Shown piece after piece: positions 26,848 to 39,984 of a DNA stretch of 64,000 nucleotides. Location of the stretch: assembly GCF_963921235.1 (NCBI RefSeq), contig NC_086097.1, forward strand, positions 64,234,001 through 64,298,000. The letters run 5' to 3'. The translations under genes were made by a program, and so were the position numbers. This DNA comes from Mobula hypostoma (Eukaryota). Position 1 is the first letter of the stretch. Every line of letters begins with the position of its first letter. The notes under the pieces are model-generated. The model saw only the letters and a list, made by a program, of their open reading frames with translations, made no database searches and was not told the DNA's origin.

Positions 26848-27158
26848 GGGGCACCAAAGTAGCATAGGGGTTAGCACAATGCTATTACAGTTCGGGTATC
26901 CAGGAGGTTAGAGAGTTCATTTCTGGTGCTGTTCTGGAAGGAGTCTCTGTACGTCCTCCCTGTAGAATGGGTTTTCTCTGGGTGCTCCGCTTTCCTCCCA
27001 CATTCCAAAGATGTACTGGGTAGGTTAATTGGTCATTGTAAGTTGTCCTGTGATTAGGTTAGGGTTAATCAGGTTTGTCGGGGTTGCTGGAGGAGCATGG
27101 CTTGAAGGGCTAGAAGGGCCTACTCCATACTGTATTGCTAAATAAAAAATAAATAAAA
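26848..27158 (+). mobile_element. tRNA-derived SINE (V-SINE/HE1-like)
   Basis: Same head and core as 24186-24465; (aaat)n tail. Confidence 0.75.
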
Positions 27159-27405
27159 ATCCAGGCTGTTAAAGTAGAGTAAGGCATAACATGAAAGAAA
27201 AAATTAGCTTTTTGATGTTTTGGCTGTTCTTAATATTTCCTCCTACAAATGTTTATATACTTAAGTGGAATTTTATTGTTTCCCACACAACTCTCTCTCT
27301 CTCTCTCCAGCTTGTTATGCTTTCTTGGTTTCTAGTAAAGTCAATGTTAGCTGAATAATTTAACAACCCCATGGGTCAGCAAAAGACTGGTTTATAAAAC
27401 AAAAC

Positions 27406-27947
27406 TACTCAGTGACTACTTTATTCGGTACATCTGTACACCTGCTTGTTAATGCAAATATCTAATCAGCCACTCATGTGGCTACAGCTCAATGCATAAA
27501 AGCATGCAGACATGGTCAAGAGGTTCAGTTGTTGTTCAAACCAAACATCAGAACAAGAATGAAATGTGATCTAAGTGACTTTGACCGTGGAATGATTGTT
27601 GTTGCCAGACGGAGTGGTTTGGGTATCTCAGAAACTGATGATCTCTTGGTATTTTCACACACAACAGACTCCAGAGTTTACAGAGAATGGTACAAAAAAC
27701 ATCCAATGAGTGGCACTTCTGTGGGCAAAAAGACCTTGTTAATGAGAGGTCTGAGGTGAATGTCTCATGCTGACAGAAGGACAACAGTAACTCAAATACC
27801 ACACTACAACAGTGGTGTGGTGCAAAGGAGCACATCTGAATGCATAACATGTTGAACCTTGAAGTGGATGGGCAACAGCAACAGAAGATCGTGAACATGG
27901 TCACTTCCTTAGGTACAGGAGGTTCCTAATAAAGTAGCTACTAAGTG
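27406..27947 (+). mobile_element. Tc1-like non-autonomous DNA transposon
   Basis: TIR ctcagtgactactttatt / aataaagtagctactaagtg with TA; transposase HTH remnant DLSDFDRGMIV.ARR.GL.ISET. Confidence 0.8.
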
Positions 27948-30900
27948 TATCTTTCTGAATTTTTGATGAATATTATTACTGATTTTCAAAAGTAGAAGAG
28001 TTATTGATTTAATTCCCATCTTTCAAAACCCAAATAGTTGCCATAACGGAGCATCTGACCCTGAAAATACGACAGAATCCCACTGTTGCTCAGAGAAAAT
28101 CAGGATGATGTTTATAGATACTGAGATATAATATTTCAAGACTAGAACAAAGGCAGTGGATCGCAATTGGATTATATATATATTAGTGTTTTTTTTTACC
28201 CCAGTAACAGTATATTGATCTTAATTGTTATCTGAACAGTATTTTAGAGACAACTATTCGCAGAAATACACTTAAATACAAGCTTAAATTTTGGAAAGCT
28301 GAAATTACATTTGGAATATTGGATCAAGAGTAGACTATTAAGTGCAAAGGTGCAATGATTATGTACCATGCATATTGACAGTAACTACAATGGTGATAAC
28401 TGACCAAAGGCTTATCTATTGGCTGATCAACAATATTGCAAGTTATACATTTGTTCAAAGGCAATGCACATGGATTCTCAAGTGCATAAGAACAGACTCA
28501 GGGTCAATGACAAAGAAATAGTAAAAAATGGAAACTAAGTATATTTGGTTCCACAGACCACCAACACAAATAATCTGGCATTTCCATTTGCAAAACTGAA
28601 AACCAGCTGGCAGCATGTGAAGAAAAAGTGTATTTCAGTAGTGCCTTATTTGACACAATATATTCTAAATCTTAAGAGCAAACACCAACTTAAAAAGTTT
28701 AAATGTAAAGAACCACATGCATGCCTACAAATGAATGACTGTATTCTCTAAGTTTTGAGGACAGTTCCCCAATGAGACACTATGTTAGGGTTCACAAAAT
28801 ATGTTCCACAATTGAACAGAAGCACTACTGGGCTGGTGCTGAGAGGCCAGTGGTAGGAAATACATGCATTTATATTGATGTGCACACATCTGGAAGCTAA
28901 GTTTCTCTCAGCACCATTGCACTACAGTGGAGTTAGGCATACGTCCCTAATACTGTGGCTAAGCAGAAGCCTGGCGAAAGCCTAAAACAACCATTTCTTT
29001 GTCAGCTCAAGATCTACTTGGATAGGTGGAATTGAGAGTGCGGTTTAGGAGATGACAGCAAAATAGTGGAAGGAATGCAAATCCAGGATACGGGAGTGGG
29101 CATGCAATGAATAGCAAGAGGGTAAGAAAAATCTGCAGGAGGCACGAAAAAATGATTTGTGAATGGGGGGTAGGGGAAGGAGGAAAATAGAGATCAGAGA
29201 ACAAGACCGAATCAAGACAGATAACCTAAAATGCACAAAAGCAGAACTTAAGTACACTGGGAACATTAGTTGACTAAGTCCTTAGTAATAAAAATGACTA
29301 TTAGTCTGCAAGTGTCTCTTTTCAAAGTATAGAGAAATTTGTTGATTTTGAGAAGCACAAGGAATACAATCATTTTAATTTCTCAAAGCAAGTCTGATCT
29401 GTAAGTAGCATTGTCATAGTCATTAAATAAAACGTTGGATACTGGAAATCTGAACCCCCCCCCCAAAGAAAATACTGGAAACAGTCAGTAGTTTAGGCAG
29501 CATCTGTGAATACAGGAAATGAATTGACATTTCATGTTTTAAATCCTTTCATGAGTTAAAGCATTCCAGCATTTCTGTTTTTGTTTCAGCATTATCATAT
29601 CATTACTTAAGTAGTCACTCTTGTAAAATGTGACAGCTCTTTGAGGAAATAATACACTAGCTGGTATAAATCTACAGATGTGGTGTATACAGCCAATAAT
29701 AACGCCTTTAACCAAACACTGCTGAAGACCAAGTATATACAACTGTACAGAAATAGATAATTGTAGACACTTACAGAGAATGGTTAATCTAAAACTATCA
29801 ACAAGATACATTTACTGAAGCAAGATAATTCAACTATCAAAAAGAAATCCTAACAAAAAGCCACATCTGTAAAATTATGTCATTTTGTACATTTTGTTCT
29901 TATAGTAGTGTTGATGCATTATATGGTGATTTCATTAGAATTTAAATTATAAAGACGAACTACTATAATTGCTTAGTTAGTGACCTTTTCAGCTTTTAAA
30001 GTAGAGGGGCTTAACTTGAACTGAAATGCACAAGTTAATAATCATTAGATAACAGAACATTCTAGCTATAATTCTTTCCATTTCTTTTAGTGTATGAATT
30101 GAAAAGGCTTCCAACTGAAACAGTCAATTGGTGTCAATAAATATTTTAATAAAATAGATTGGACAAAAATCAGGTTAGAAATGAAGGTTAAACAACCTGA
30201 TGATGACAATCTGTGCAACATGATAACTTTGCAACTTTTGAGAGATAGGACAACAGGAAATGATAACAGGGATGGAACACAGAAATACATTTTATTAAAT
30301 CCCTTCCATTGTCAATGGCAGGACAAATTAGAGTGAGTTTGGCAGTCTGAACTTTGTATATTTGAAACCAACTTAAAAACATACTCAGTAGCTTTATCTT
30401 AGAACATAAATATATACGTCGATGTGTATGAGGTAATAAAGGTTCTGCACTAATTCTGCAGCTTTTATTGTCATTTTGTTACAGTAGATAAAATGAATAG
30501 TGTAAAAGCAAATTATTTCCCCACACCACTGCTACTTAGGAATAAAATATAAAGATGAAATCTTTTGATCTTCTAATTAAGCTTTCTACTGCATTTATTG
30601 AATTCTCTATAAATGACCTAAAAAGTAAGAATACCAACAGGCAGTGAGAAGCCTTTTCAAATCTTCTTTTGATTGTAAGCTGCAGATGATTCTCTTTATT
30701 TTTCTATCAGGGCATTGCTTTGGACAATTGCCAACTACCTTGCTTCATTGCTGTTGTATTTTGTAATTACCTCTTATCCTACTGACAACCACCAATCAAG
30801 CTTGTTGAATCTAATGCTGAGCTTATTAGGAACAGCTATGTTTAGAATAGTTTGGCACTTCACCAAAGGTTCCAAACTGCTTGAAAAGAATGAAACATGC

Positions 30901-33169
30901 TTTGGACAATGCAATGATGGTAAGTAATTTTCTTCCTCTGAAAAGCATCACGTAGATGCCATGGGCAAGAAAAATCACCTGCTGTTAGCACGTAGCAAAA
31001 GGGCTCAGCATTTATCTAATCTGTAATATCATTTTGTTGCCCTTAAGGAAACTCAGTATGAATAGTGAATAGCAGTACCTAAAGCCTATCAGAGAGATAT
31101 TGAACTCATCTGTTTCAATTTTTTTTGTTTGCTTCTGGACATTAGGATCTTTTTTCTATCTAGACAAAAGACCCAGTTATTCACATATACATTAAATGCA
31201 TTTTATATTTAAAGCAAAAATGTAAGATTCAAAATTATACATTTTGTCTATTATAAAAATAAGCCGAAGGAAACTAAAAGATATTTTGAATCATTTAAGA
31301 TTTAAAACAAATGAGATTATTTGACAACAGAATCATGTAATATTTAACAGACCTCAAAGATAAAATTACTTTTTGTGTTTATTTAAGAACACTTTGATGA
31401 CAAACTTCGGGCAAATGACTGAAAATAACTTCAGTTTTTGAAAGGACAGCAAATTTAAAATGAGTCCAAAACTGGTAGATTCCGGGAAACACTGCCATAT
31501 TTACATGTATTTTGGTAAGAATTGACTATTTTAGAAGATGGGAAACTACCACTCATTTTGTTGCAAAATTTTGGATGAAAATAATTGTCACAACTTTGAA
31601 TTTTAAAGAATTTATCAGCAACTTTGCCTTAAGATTTAAACAAATTGAAGAAAGGACCATCTTATTTTTTTTGAAAACAGTATTTAAAAATAATCCCCCA
31701 GAAATAGGCTTTCTTCAAAAAAATCCAGTGCAAACTACCCGAATTTTAAGAAAATAAAACAATGAGAGACCCTCAACAGACAGAGCAAAATAATTCACTT
31801 TACGGTAAAATGACAAGATGAATTTAGCACCAAGAATGCTTTATTCAGCCAGTTAAGGCTATGTTGCTTTTCAATAATTGTGACTAATCTGTATCTGTCC
31901 AGCTGCTTAGGCGCTACATCCTTGTTTCCCCCTGCCTTATTTATGTTCGCAATTTAACCCTTTGCTGTAGCCTGCACTGTTACAATTCCCACACAAACAT
32001 TTCAACATACAAGGATTTTTAAAAAACATTTATGCCTTTTACTGTTTATATTTTTTGATATTTATGTTTCAGCTTTACTACTATATACATCTTCCATGAC
32101 TATGTCTTAGTTTCTACAATTCTTTGGAAGTACGTTTTCTAAAGATTCACCATCCTCTGAAGAAGCTTCTCTTCATACATTTTTAAATGATCTGTTCCTT
32201 ACCCGTGGTTTATAGCTTTTAATTCTAACCTCTTCAGCCAAAAGGATATACTTCTCACCACCAAAACCATCTCAATTACATCTCACCTGCATAAAGCTTG
32301 ATTCTTATGCTCTGTCCTTATTTTACAGCAGCTTATTAAACGTCTTTGGAAACTTTGTTAAACAGGCTGCATTATAAGTGCATACATAATCTATTAGCCA
32401 AATCTAGTAAGACTGAAAAATTTCTATTAGTAAACCAGAAGAGCTTTATCAACATTCAAAATTCAAACTGACATTTGGAATACAATTCAAAGAAAAAAAA
32501 TAAAATTCAGAAGTTACTTGACTTGACTTGAAAATTAATGCATTTCACTGAAGGAAATGAAATTTCAGTAAACAAGAGATTTAAAGTAAAATCAAGCACC
32601 AAGGGTCATTTTCTCCTTAAACCTTCTCTGCTCTCAGTCTATAAATGATTACTCCATCATATATTTTTCTATGATACTTTTTCTGCTTATGTCTCCATAG
32701 GGGCTTATGGGGGAGAGGGAAGGGGGGGGGGGAGATATGGGGAAAAAAGTAACAGACCTAAAACTAACTGCTACTTCAAAAGCACACAAAATATAGAAGG
32801 TCTGTCAAGATAATTATACCATTTAAAACAGCAAGGTTGATCTTTTACAATTTCTACCTATTTACTGAGTGTGGCAACTGGCAAGGTATCACCCATCCCT
32901 AGAGACTTTTCAGAATTCCTGAGCTACCTCCTTGAACTGCACCTTTGCTTCTGGTGAAGGTACTCAGTCTTAATGTGCAAGGAGCTTTTTGATTTAGAAC
33001 CCGTGATGAAAGGTTGGCAATACATAAACCAGTTTTACCAAAGCTTTTCCTTTGTTCATAAACCGGATGTAGGCTTCACCGTCAAGGCTAGATTTACTGC
33101 CACACCCAAATACTCCCTAATTGACATGTTAGACCAAATATGGAGGCAACTTCATGAACCTCTAAAGTC

Positions 33170-35575
33170 CCGGACAACCCTGTGATCTCAGTCTCTGAGA
33201 CTGACATAAGAACGTCCTTCAGGAGGATGATTCTTGAAAAGCATCTGGCCCGGATGGCATACGTGATCAAGTCCTGAAGACCTGTGCTAATTAACTAACT
33301 GGAGTGTTTATGGACATCTTCAACCTCACTTTGGAAGTCTTTGTTACCTGCTTCGATCAAACGTTAATCATACCAGTTCCCAAGAAAAACATGGAAACCT
33401 GCCTCAGTGACTTTCATCCAGAAGCACTTACATCAACTGTGATGAAGTGCTTCGAGAGGTTGGTCATGAAGTCTATTAACTCCTATCTGAGTGGTAACCC
33501 AGATCCAGTTTGCCTACCATCGTAACAAGTCAATAGCAGATGCCATTTTTTTTTTAATCCCTTCACTCAGCTCTAGACAATTAAAATGCAATCATCAGCA
33601 TACTCTTGATTGACTACAGCTCGGCATTCAACACTATCATCCCCTCAAAATTCATCACCAAGATCAAAGATACCTCCATACCTCACTGTGAAACTGGATC
33701 CTTGATTTCTTCTCTGGCAGACCCCAGTTAGTACAGATTGGCAACAGCATCTCCTCCACACTCACCATCAGCACAGGTGTACTACAGGGCTGTGAGCTTA
33801 GCTCCCTGCTCTATTCACATTGATTGTGTGGCTAAGTGCAGTTTGCATATGACACCACTGTTGTGTCCCAATCAGAGCCAGTTAGCCTGACTTCAGTGGT
33901 TGAGAAGATGTTGGAGTCGATTATTAAGGATGTGGTTTCGGGGTACTTGGAGGCAAAAGATAAAATAGGTCAAAGTCAGAATGGTTTCCTTAAGGGAAAA
34001 ATTTTGCCTGACAAAATTCTGAGGAAATAATAAGCAGGATAGGCAAGGAGAATTGGTGGATGTTATATACATGAATTTTCAGAAGGCCTTTGACAAAGTG
34101 CCACACGAGGCTGCTTAACAAGATAAGAGCCCATGGTATTACCCGAAAGATACTAATTTGGATAGAGCACTGGCTGATTGGCAGTCCACAAAAAGTGGGA
34201 ATAATGGGAGCCTAGCTACAGGTGGCTAGTGGGATTCTGCAGGGGTCAGTGTTGGGACTGCTTTTTATGTTGTATGTCAATGATTTGGATGATGGCTTTG
34301 TGGATGATACGAAACCTGGAGGAGGGGCAGGAAGTGCTGAAGAAGCAGGGAGGCTGCAGAAGGACTTGGACAGATTAGGAGAACGACAAAGTAGAGGCAA
34401 ATGGAACAGTGTTGGGAACTGTATAGCCATGCACTTTGGTAGAAGGAATAAAAGCATAGAAGGTTTTCCAAAGGGGGAGAAAATTAAAAAAGTCCAAGGT
34501 GCAAAGGGACCTCGGAGCCCTCATGCAGGGTTCCCCAAAGGTTAATTTGCAGGTTGAGTCAGTGGTGAGGAAGGCATATGCAATGTTAGCATTAATTTCA
34601 GAAGGATTAGAATATAAAAGCAAGGATATAATGCTGAGTCTTTAAAAAGACAGAGGAGAGTATTCACTTGGAATATTGTGAGCAGTTTTGGCCCCCTTAT
34701 TTAAGAAAGGATGTACTGACTTTGGAGAGGGTTCAGAGGAAGTTCTCAAGAATGATTCCAGGAATGAAAGGCTTTTTGTATGAGGAGCAATAGATGGCTC
34801 TGGGCCTGTACTCGCTGGAATTTAGAAGAATGAGGGGGAATCTCATAGAAACCTAACCAATGTTGAAAGGCCCAGATAAAGTGGATGTGGACAGGATGTT
34901 TCCAATGGTGGTGGAGTCTAGGACCATAGGGCACAGACTCAGAATAGAGGGACATGCATTTAGAATGGAGATGAGGAGGAATTTTTTTAGCTAGGGGCTA
35001 GTGAATCTGTGGAATTCATTGCCATAGGTGACTGTGGAGGTCAGGTCATTGGGTGCATTTAAGGCAGAAGTTGATAGGTTCTTGATAAGTCAGGGTGTAA
35101 AACGCTATGAGGAGAAGGCAGGAGAATGGGGTTGAGAGGGAAATGGATCAGCCATGATGAAATAATGAAGCAGATTCAACGAGCCAAATGGCCTAATTCT
35201 GCTCCTATGTGTTATGGTCTTGTGGCATGCAAGAGGGAGATTGAAAGTCTGGTGGAATGGTGCCACAACAACAACCTCTTAATCGATATCTACAAAACCA
35301 GAAGTTCTGATTGTTAACTACAGGAAGCAGCTGGAGGTCCATAAGCTAGTCCTCATTAATGGAGCAGAAGTGGAGTGGGTCAGTAGCTTTAAATTCATTG
35401 GTGTTAACATATCAGAGGATGTGTCCTGGGACCAGCACATAGATGTCTCACAAAGAAGACATAACAATAGCTCTACTTTCTTAGAATGTCATTGATCATT
35501 TGACAAACTTCTATAGATGCATTGTGGAGAGTACCCTAACTGGTTGCATCACAGCCTTGTATAGAAATACCAGAC
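33170..35575 (+). mobile_element. Rex-Babar-like LINE interrupted by a CR1 at ~33866-35222
   Basis: [14 protein letters not shown] before the insert and LVEWCHNNNL after it. Confidence 0.8.
33866..35222 (+). mobile_element. CR1/HER1-like LINE, nested
   Basis: PVSLTSVV.KMLESII, KAFDKVPH, 3'UTR ending ctcctatgtgttatggtct. Confidence 0.88.
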
Positions 35576-36797
35576 TGCCAAATTCATATGGATTTCCAGG
35601 AGTTAAAACCTGCATGTTCAGCAATTTCATTCACTTCAACAAAGAGAGCGAGAGGGATGGAGAGGAAAGTTACTATAATTCACTTACCTGAAATAATAAA
35701 CAAATTTGAACCTTAAAAATATTGTTTATGCAGATCTGTGAACACTGGTGAAGTCAGACATCGCACAGATCAAAGAAGGTTTTGTGGGAAAGGTTGGCCC
35801 TAGTGGGCCCTTCCAGGTAAAGATAGATATTATGTTTGGAAGTAAAAACAAACTGTACATAGAGCAGACAAGTGGCAAAGCATTTCATGGTGTTTACAGG
35901 AACATTATCAAACAAAATCTAACAGAGCCACTTCAGAAAATCATCCTGATTAAAAAGTATATTAAAAATAATATACAAATGACAGAGGGATTTAAGGAGA
36001 GAATTCCAGAGGCTAGGGATTTAACATTTTAAAGCATGGCTTCCAAAGATACAACATCCATGATGAGAGTTGCTCATGAGGTCAGAATTGTTGGAGAAGC
36101 ACAGATATATTGTAGGGAAGATAACAGAAAAAGGCATTGTCGGATGAATTTTTACTTTAACAAAAGAGGTTAGTTAGCAAATGTATTGTTGATGGGTGAA
36201 TGGGGTAATTAAGCTGGGGGGAGAGAGAAAGAGGAAGAAGGGTAAAGATAAGAGGGAGTAAGCAGAGTGAAACTATTAACTATTTTTAATATCAGTACAA
36301 CTGTTGAATAAATAACAATATTCCCATCTGATGATTTTTTTTGAATAAAATTCTTTCAGATGTTTGAAGTTCAGCACCTGAGTCTTGCTAGCAGACAATG
36401 CCATGGAAAAACATATGAATCTATTTTGCTGCAACTAAATTTGAAGAATACTTGTCCCTTGGTCTGAAGTAGAGGAAGAATTAAATGATCTGCACAACTG
36501 TGTCATACATTAAAATGCTTCTTCCTATTTTACTATTTAAAATACATTCAGTGTATTTAACTTGCCGTTGACAAGATTCATTCTTATTGTTCTCAAGTTG
36601 CAGGCAACATAAAGATAGCAATATTTGTTCATCCAGAAATGCTTTTCTTAAATACAAATTTTCAATTTCAAGAGGCGCCTTAATGGGATTTAAATAAATG
36701 GCTTTTAAGTTGATAGCTTAAAAAAAACACACTGGACAATCCTACTGTTTTTTTTGCAGTTCTGAAAACACTATTCTTGGCTTATTTTAGTACATAC

Positions 36798-36981
36798 CCT
36801 CTGTGACCGTTTGGAGTTTTGATGAGCGTTCAGAGTCAGGAGAGTGCAAAGGCTCTGGTTCTTTCAAGCTTTCCAAATGTAAGAATGGATCATATTCAAC
36901 AGAAGCTAGATCTGACAAGCTCAGAGGAAAGTATCTAGGATTACTTAAGTATTGAGCTCCGTACACACAGCTATGCAGCAC
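36798..36981 (-). CDS. RALGAPA1: RALGAPA1 coding exon ([61 protein letters not shown])
   Basis: TAG acceptor, GTATGT donor; 184 nt, phase 0/1; the [17 protein letters not shown] segment resembles alpha1 rather than alpha2. Confidence 0.94.
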
Positions 36982-37154
36982 CTATTGAAAAAAAAACACA
37001 AGGATTTATAGTTAGGATCAATAGTAATCACTGCAAATGAAACAAGTGAACGCTAACCTAAGTAGCGAGAATCCATCATGAAAATAAACCTCTATTTTTT
37101 TTTTAATCAAGTGGGAAGAATAATAAAAGTGGCTGTAAAAAATAATCTTTATTC

Positions 37155-39737
37155 TTTAAAGAAGGATAAAGACCCTGCTCAATGTGCATCTTATAGACCA
37201 ATATCTCTATTAAATGTTGATTCTAAAGTTTTTTCTAAGTTATTAGCAAATAGACTAGAAAAAGTACTTCCTTCTATTATTTCGGAAGACCAAACGGGTT
37301 TTATTAAAGGTCGTTACTCTTTTTATAATATTCGTACATTGTTAAATATCGTTTATACTCCCTCACAAAATGTTCCTGAGTGTGTTATTTCTTTAGACGC
37401 CGAGAAAGCTTTTGATAGAGTAGAATGGCCTTATTTATTTAAGGTGCTTGAAATGTTTAATTTTAGCTTGAAATTTATATCCTGGATTAAACTGTTATAT
37501 CATTCCCCTGTAGCCTCGGTCCGTACTAACTCTTTAAACTCACCTTTTTTTCCTCTTTTTCGAGGTACTCGACAAGGCTGTCCTCTTAGTCCCCTATTAT
37601 TTGATATTGCATTAGAACCTCTTGCAATTGCCATTCGAGAATCTTCAAGTATTACTGGGATAACTCGGGGATTAAAGTCCCATAAATTATCACTCTATGC
37701 TGATGATTTACTTTTATATATTTCTAATCCTGAGAAATCCATTCCTGCTGTTTTAGAGTTATTAGCACAATTTGGTTCTTTTTCAGGTTATAAATTAAAT
37801 CTTAGTAAGAGTGAACTCTTTCCGATTAATAAACATCTTCCCTTATATTATAAATTTCCATTTAAATTGATTGATAACTATTTTTCTTATCTTGGGATTA
37901 AAATTACTTGTAAATATAAAGATTTATTTAAGATTAACTTTTTACCATTAATAGACCATATTACTCAACTTTCATCTAAATGGTTTCCTTTATATTTAAC
38001 TTTGATTGGTCGTATTAATGCAGTTAAGATGTTTTTTTTGCCAAAATTTTTATATGTGTTTCAGGCATTACCAATTTTTGTTCCAAAATCTTTCTTTGAT
38101 AAAGTTGACTCTAAAATTTCTTCATTTATTTGGCAGAATAAAAATCCGAGACTGGGTAAAATACATTTACAGAAAGCTAAGAGAGATGGAGGTTTAGCAT
38201 TACCTAACTTTAGATTCTATTATTGGGCAATTAATATTCGACATATGAAATTTTGGTTACTTGACCAGGATATACTATCTATTCCTAAATGGGTAGCATT
38301 GGAACTACAATCTGTTCAGGGCTATACACTTGGCTCTATTTTAGGTTCCTCTCTCCCTTTTGATTCGAAATGCCTTAAGCAGGTGTCTAACCCGATAGTT
38401 AAATATGCTTTGCGTATTTGGTTTCAATTCAGAAAATTTTTTGATCTTAATCAATTCGGGTTAGCGATTCCTATTTTAGGTAACATATTTTTTCCTCCCT
38501 CTTTTACGGATCGCGCTTTTCAAACTTGGAAGACTAAGGGTATTTTACGGTTTTTGGATTTATTTTTAGATGGTTCCCTTATGTCTTTTGAACAATTATC
38601 TAATAAATATAACTTATCAAGAATACATTTTTTTAGATATTTACAAGTTAGAAATTTCCTAAGTACTATACTTTCTTCCTTTCCAATGCTTCCTCCTACA
38701 TATATTTTAGATTCGATAATTAACCTTAATCCATGTCAGAAAGGTGCATCGGCTATGATTTATAATATTATTATGAAACTTAGGAAAGCTCCATTTGATA
38801 AGATTAGGGTAGATTGGGAACAGGAATTGGGGCTTACCATTTCTGTGGATGATTGGGGGCAGATTTTACAATTAGTTAATACTTCCTCTATTTGTGCTAA
38901 ACATTCCCTAATTCAATTTAAAGTTGTTCATAGAGCACATATGTCCAAAGATAAGTTAGCGCGTTTTTACTTGCATATTAATCCTTTTTGTGATAGATGT
39001 TCGGGGCAGATAGCCTCTTTAACTCATATGTTTTGGTCTTGCCCTACTTTGGAAACTTTTTGGAGAGACATTTTTAATATTATTTCTAAGGTATTAAATA
39101 TAGATATCTCTCCTCACCCTATTACTGCTATCTTTGGACTACCTAAAATTTCTAGTAATCTTTCCCCTTCAGCCCGTAGAATGATTGCATTTCTTACTTT
39201 AATGGCGAAAAGATGTATTTTACAACATTGGAAAGAGCTTAATGCTCCAACTACCTTTTTTTGGTTCTCTCAGACGATATTATGTTTGAATCTGGAGAAA
39301 ATTAGAAGTAACCTTTATGATTCTTCATTTAAATTTGAACAGACTTGGGGATCTTTTATTCGATATTTTCATTTAATGTAATATATACCCTTCTTGTTTT
39401 TTTTCCACTGTTTTTAATGGAGGTCGGGATTGAGGACGTGATTTTAAGTTTAACTCTGTTTGGTTTCAAGTTAGCCCATTGCTTTGCTTTGCTTTTAGTT
39501 AGTTGCACGGTGGGTTTTTTTTGGGGTTTTTTTTTCTTTTTTTCTATTGATATATATATATAAAATTTAGTATACTATTATGTTATCTTGGTTTCTTATG
39601 TTTAAATTACATTGTTTGTAGTATTTTTTTTGGTATTGATACCTTCTGTAATTTTATTATATTTTAACATTGTATTAATGTTTATATGGCTTACCTTTTT
39701 GTATACTTATTCAATAAAAAGATTTAAAAAGAAAAGA
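37155..39737 (+). mobile_element. Young 5'-truncated L1-clade LINE with intact RT reading frame
   Basis: ORF to 39381 with YRPISLLN, QTGFIKGR, DAEKAFD, QGCPLSPLLF, YADD and a CxxC..H..C knuckle; AATAAA at 39713 and A-rich tail; 18-bp TSD aaaaaataatctttattc at 37137-37154 and 39738-39755. Confidence 0.95.
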
Positions 39738-39984
39738 AAAAAATAATCTTTATTCACAAGTAAACAAACACAGGAAACAAAGTGTAAAGTAGTAAGTAAT
39801 CCCTTCTTTTGTGGTTTTTCTGTCATGTAGAAAAATTAACTGGCTCATAATATGAAGACAGCTATTCTTAGAGCCAAAGACAATTGCTTTTAAAGATAAA
39901 TAATAATATAATTAAGACAACTACAAATGTTTGTAAAAGAAAGTCAACTGATATCAAAATATTGGATTTGTGCCAAGAATCACT

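Noticed and set aside
37078..39381. 767-aa ORF as a host or domesticated RT gene
   Set aside because: TSD, poly(A) tail and 5' truncation identify a recent L1 insertion; the first ~26 codons are flanking DNA
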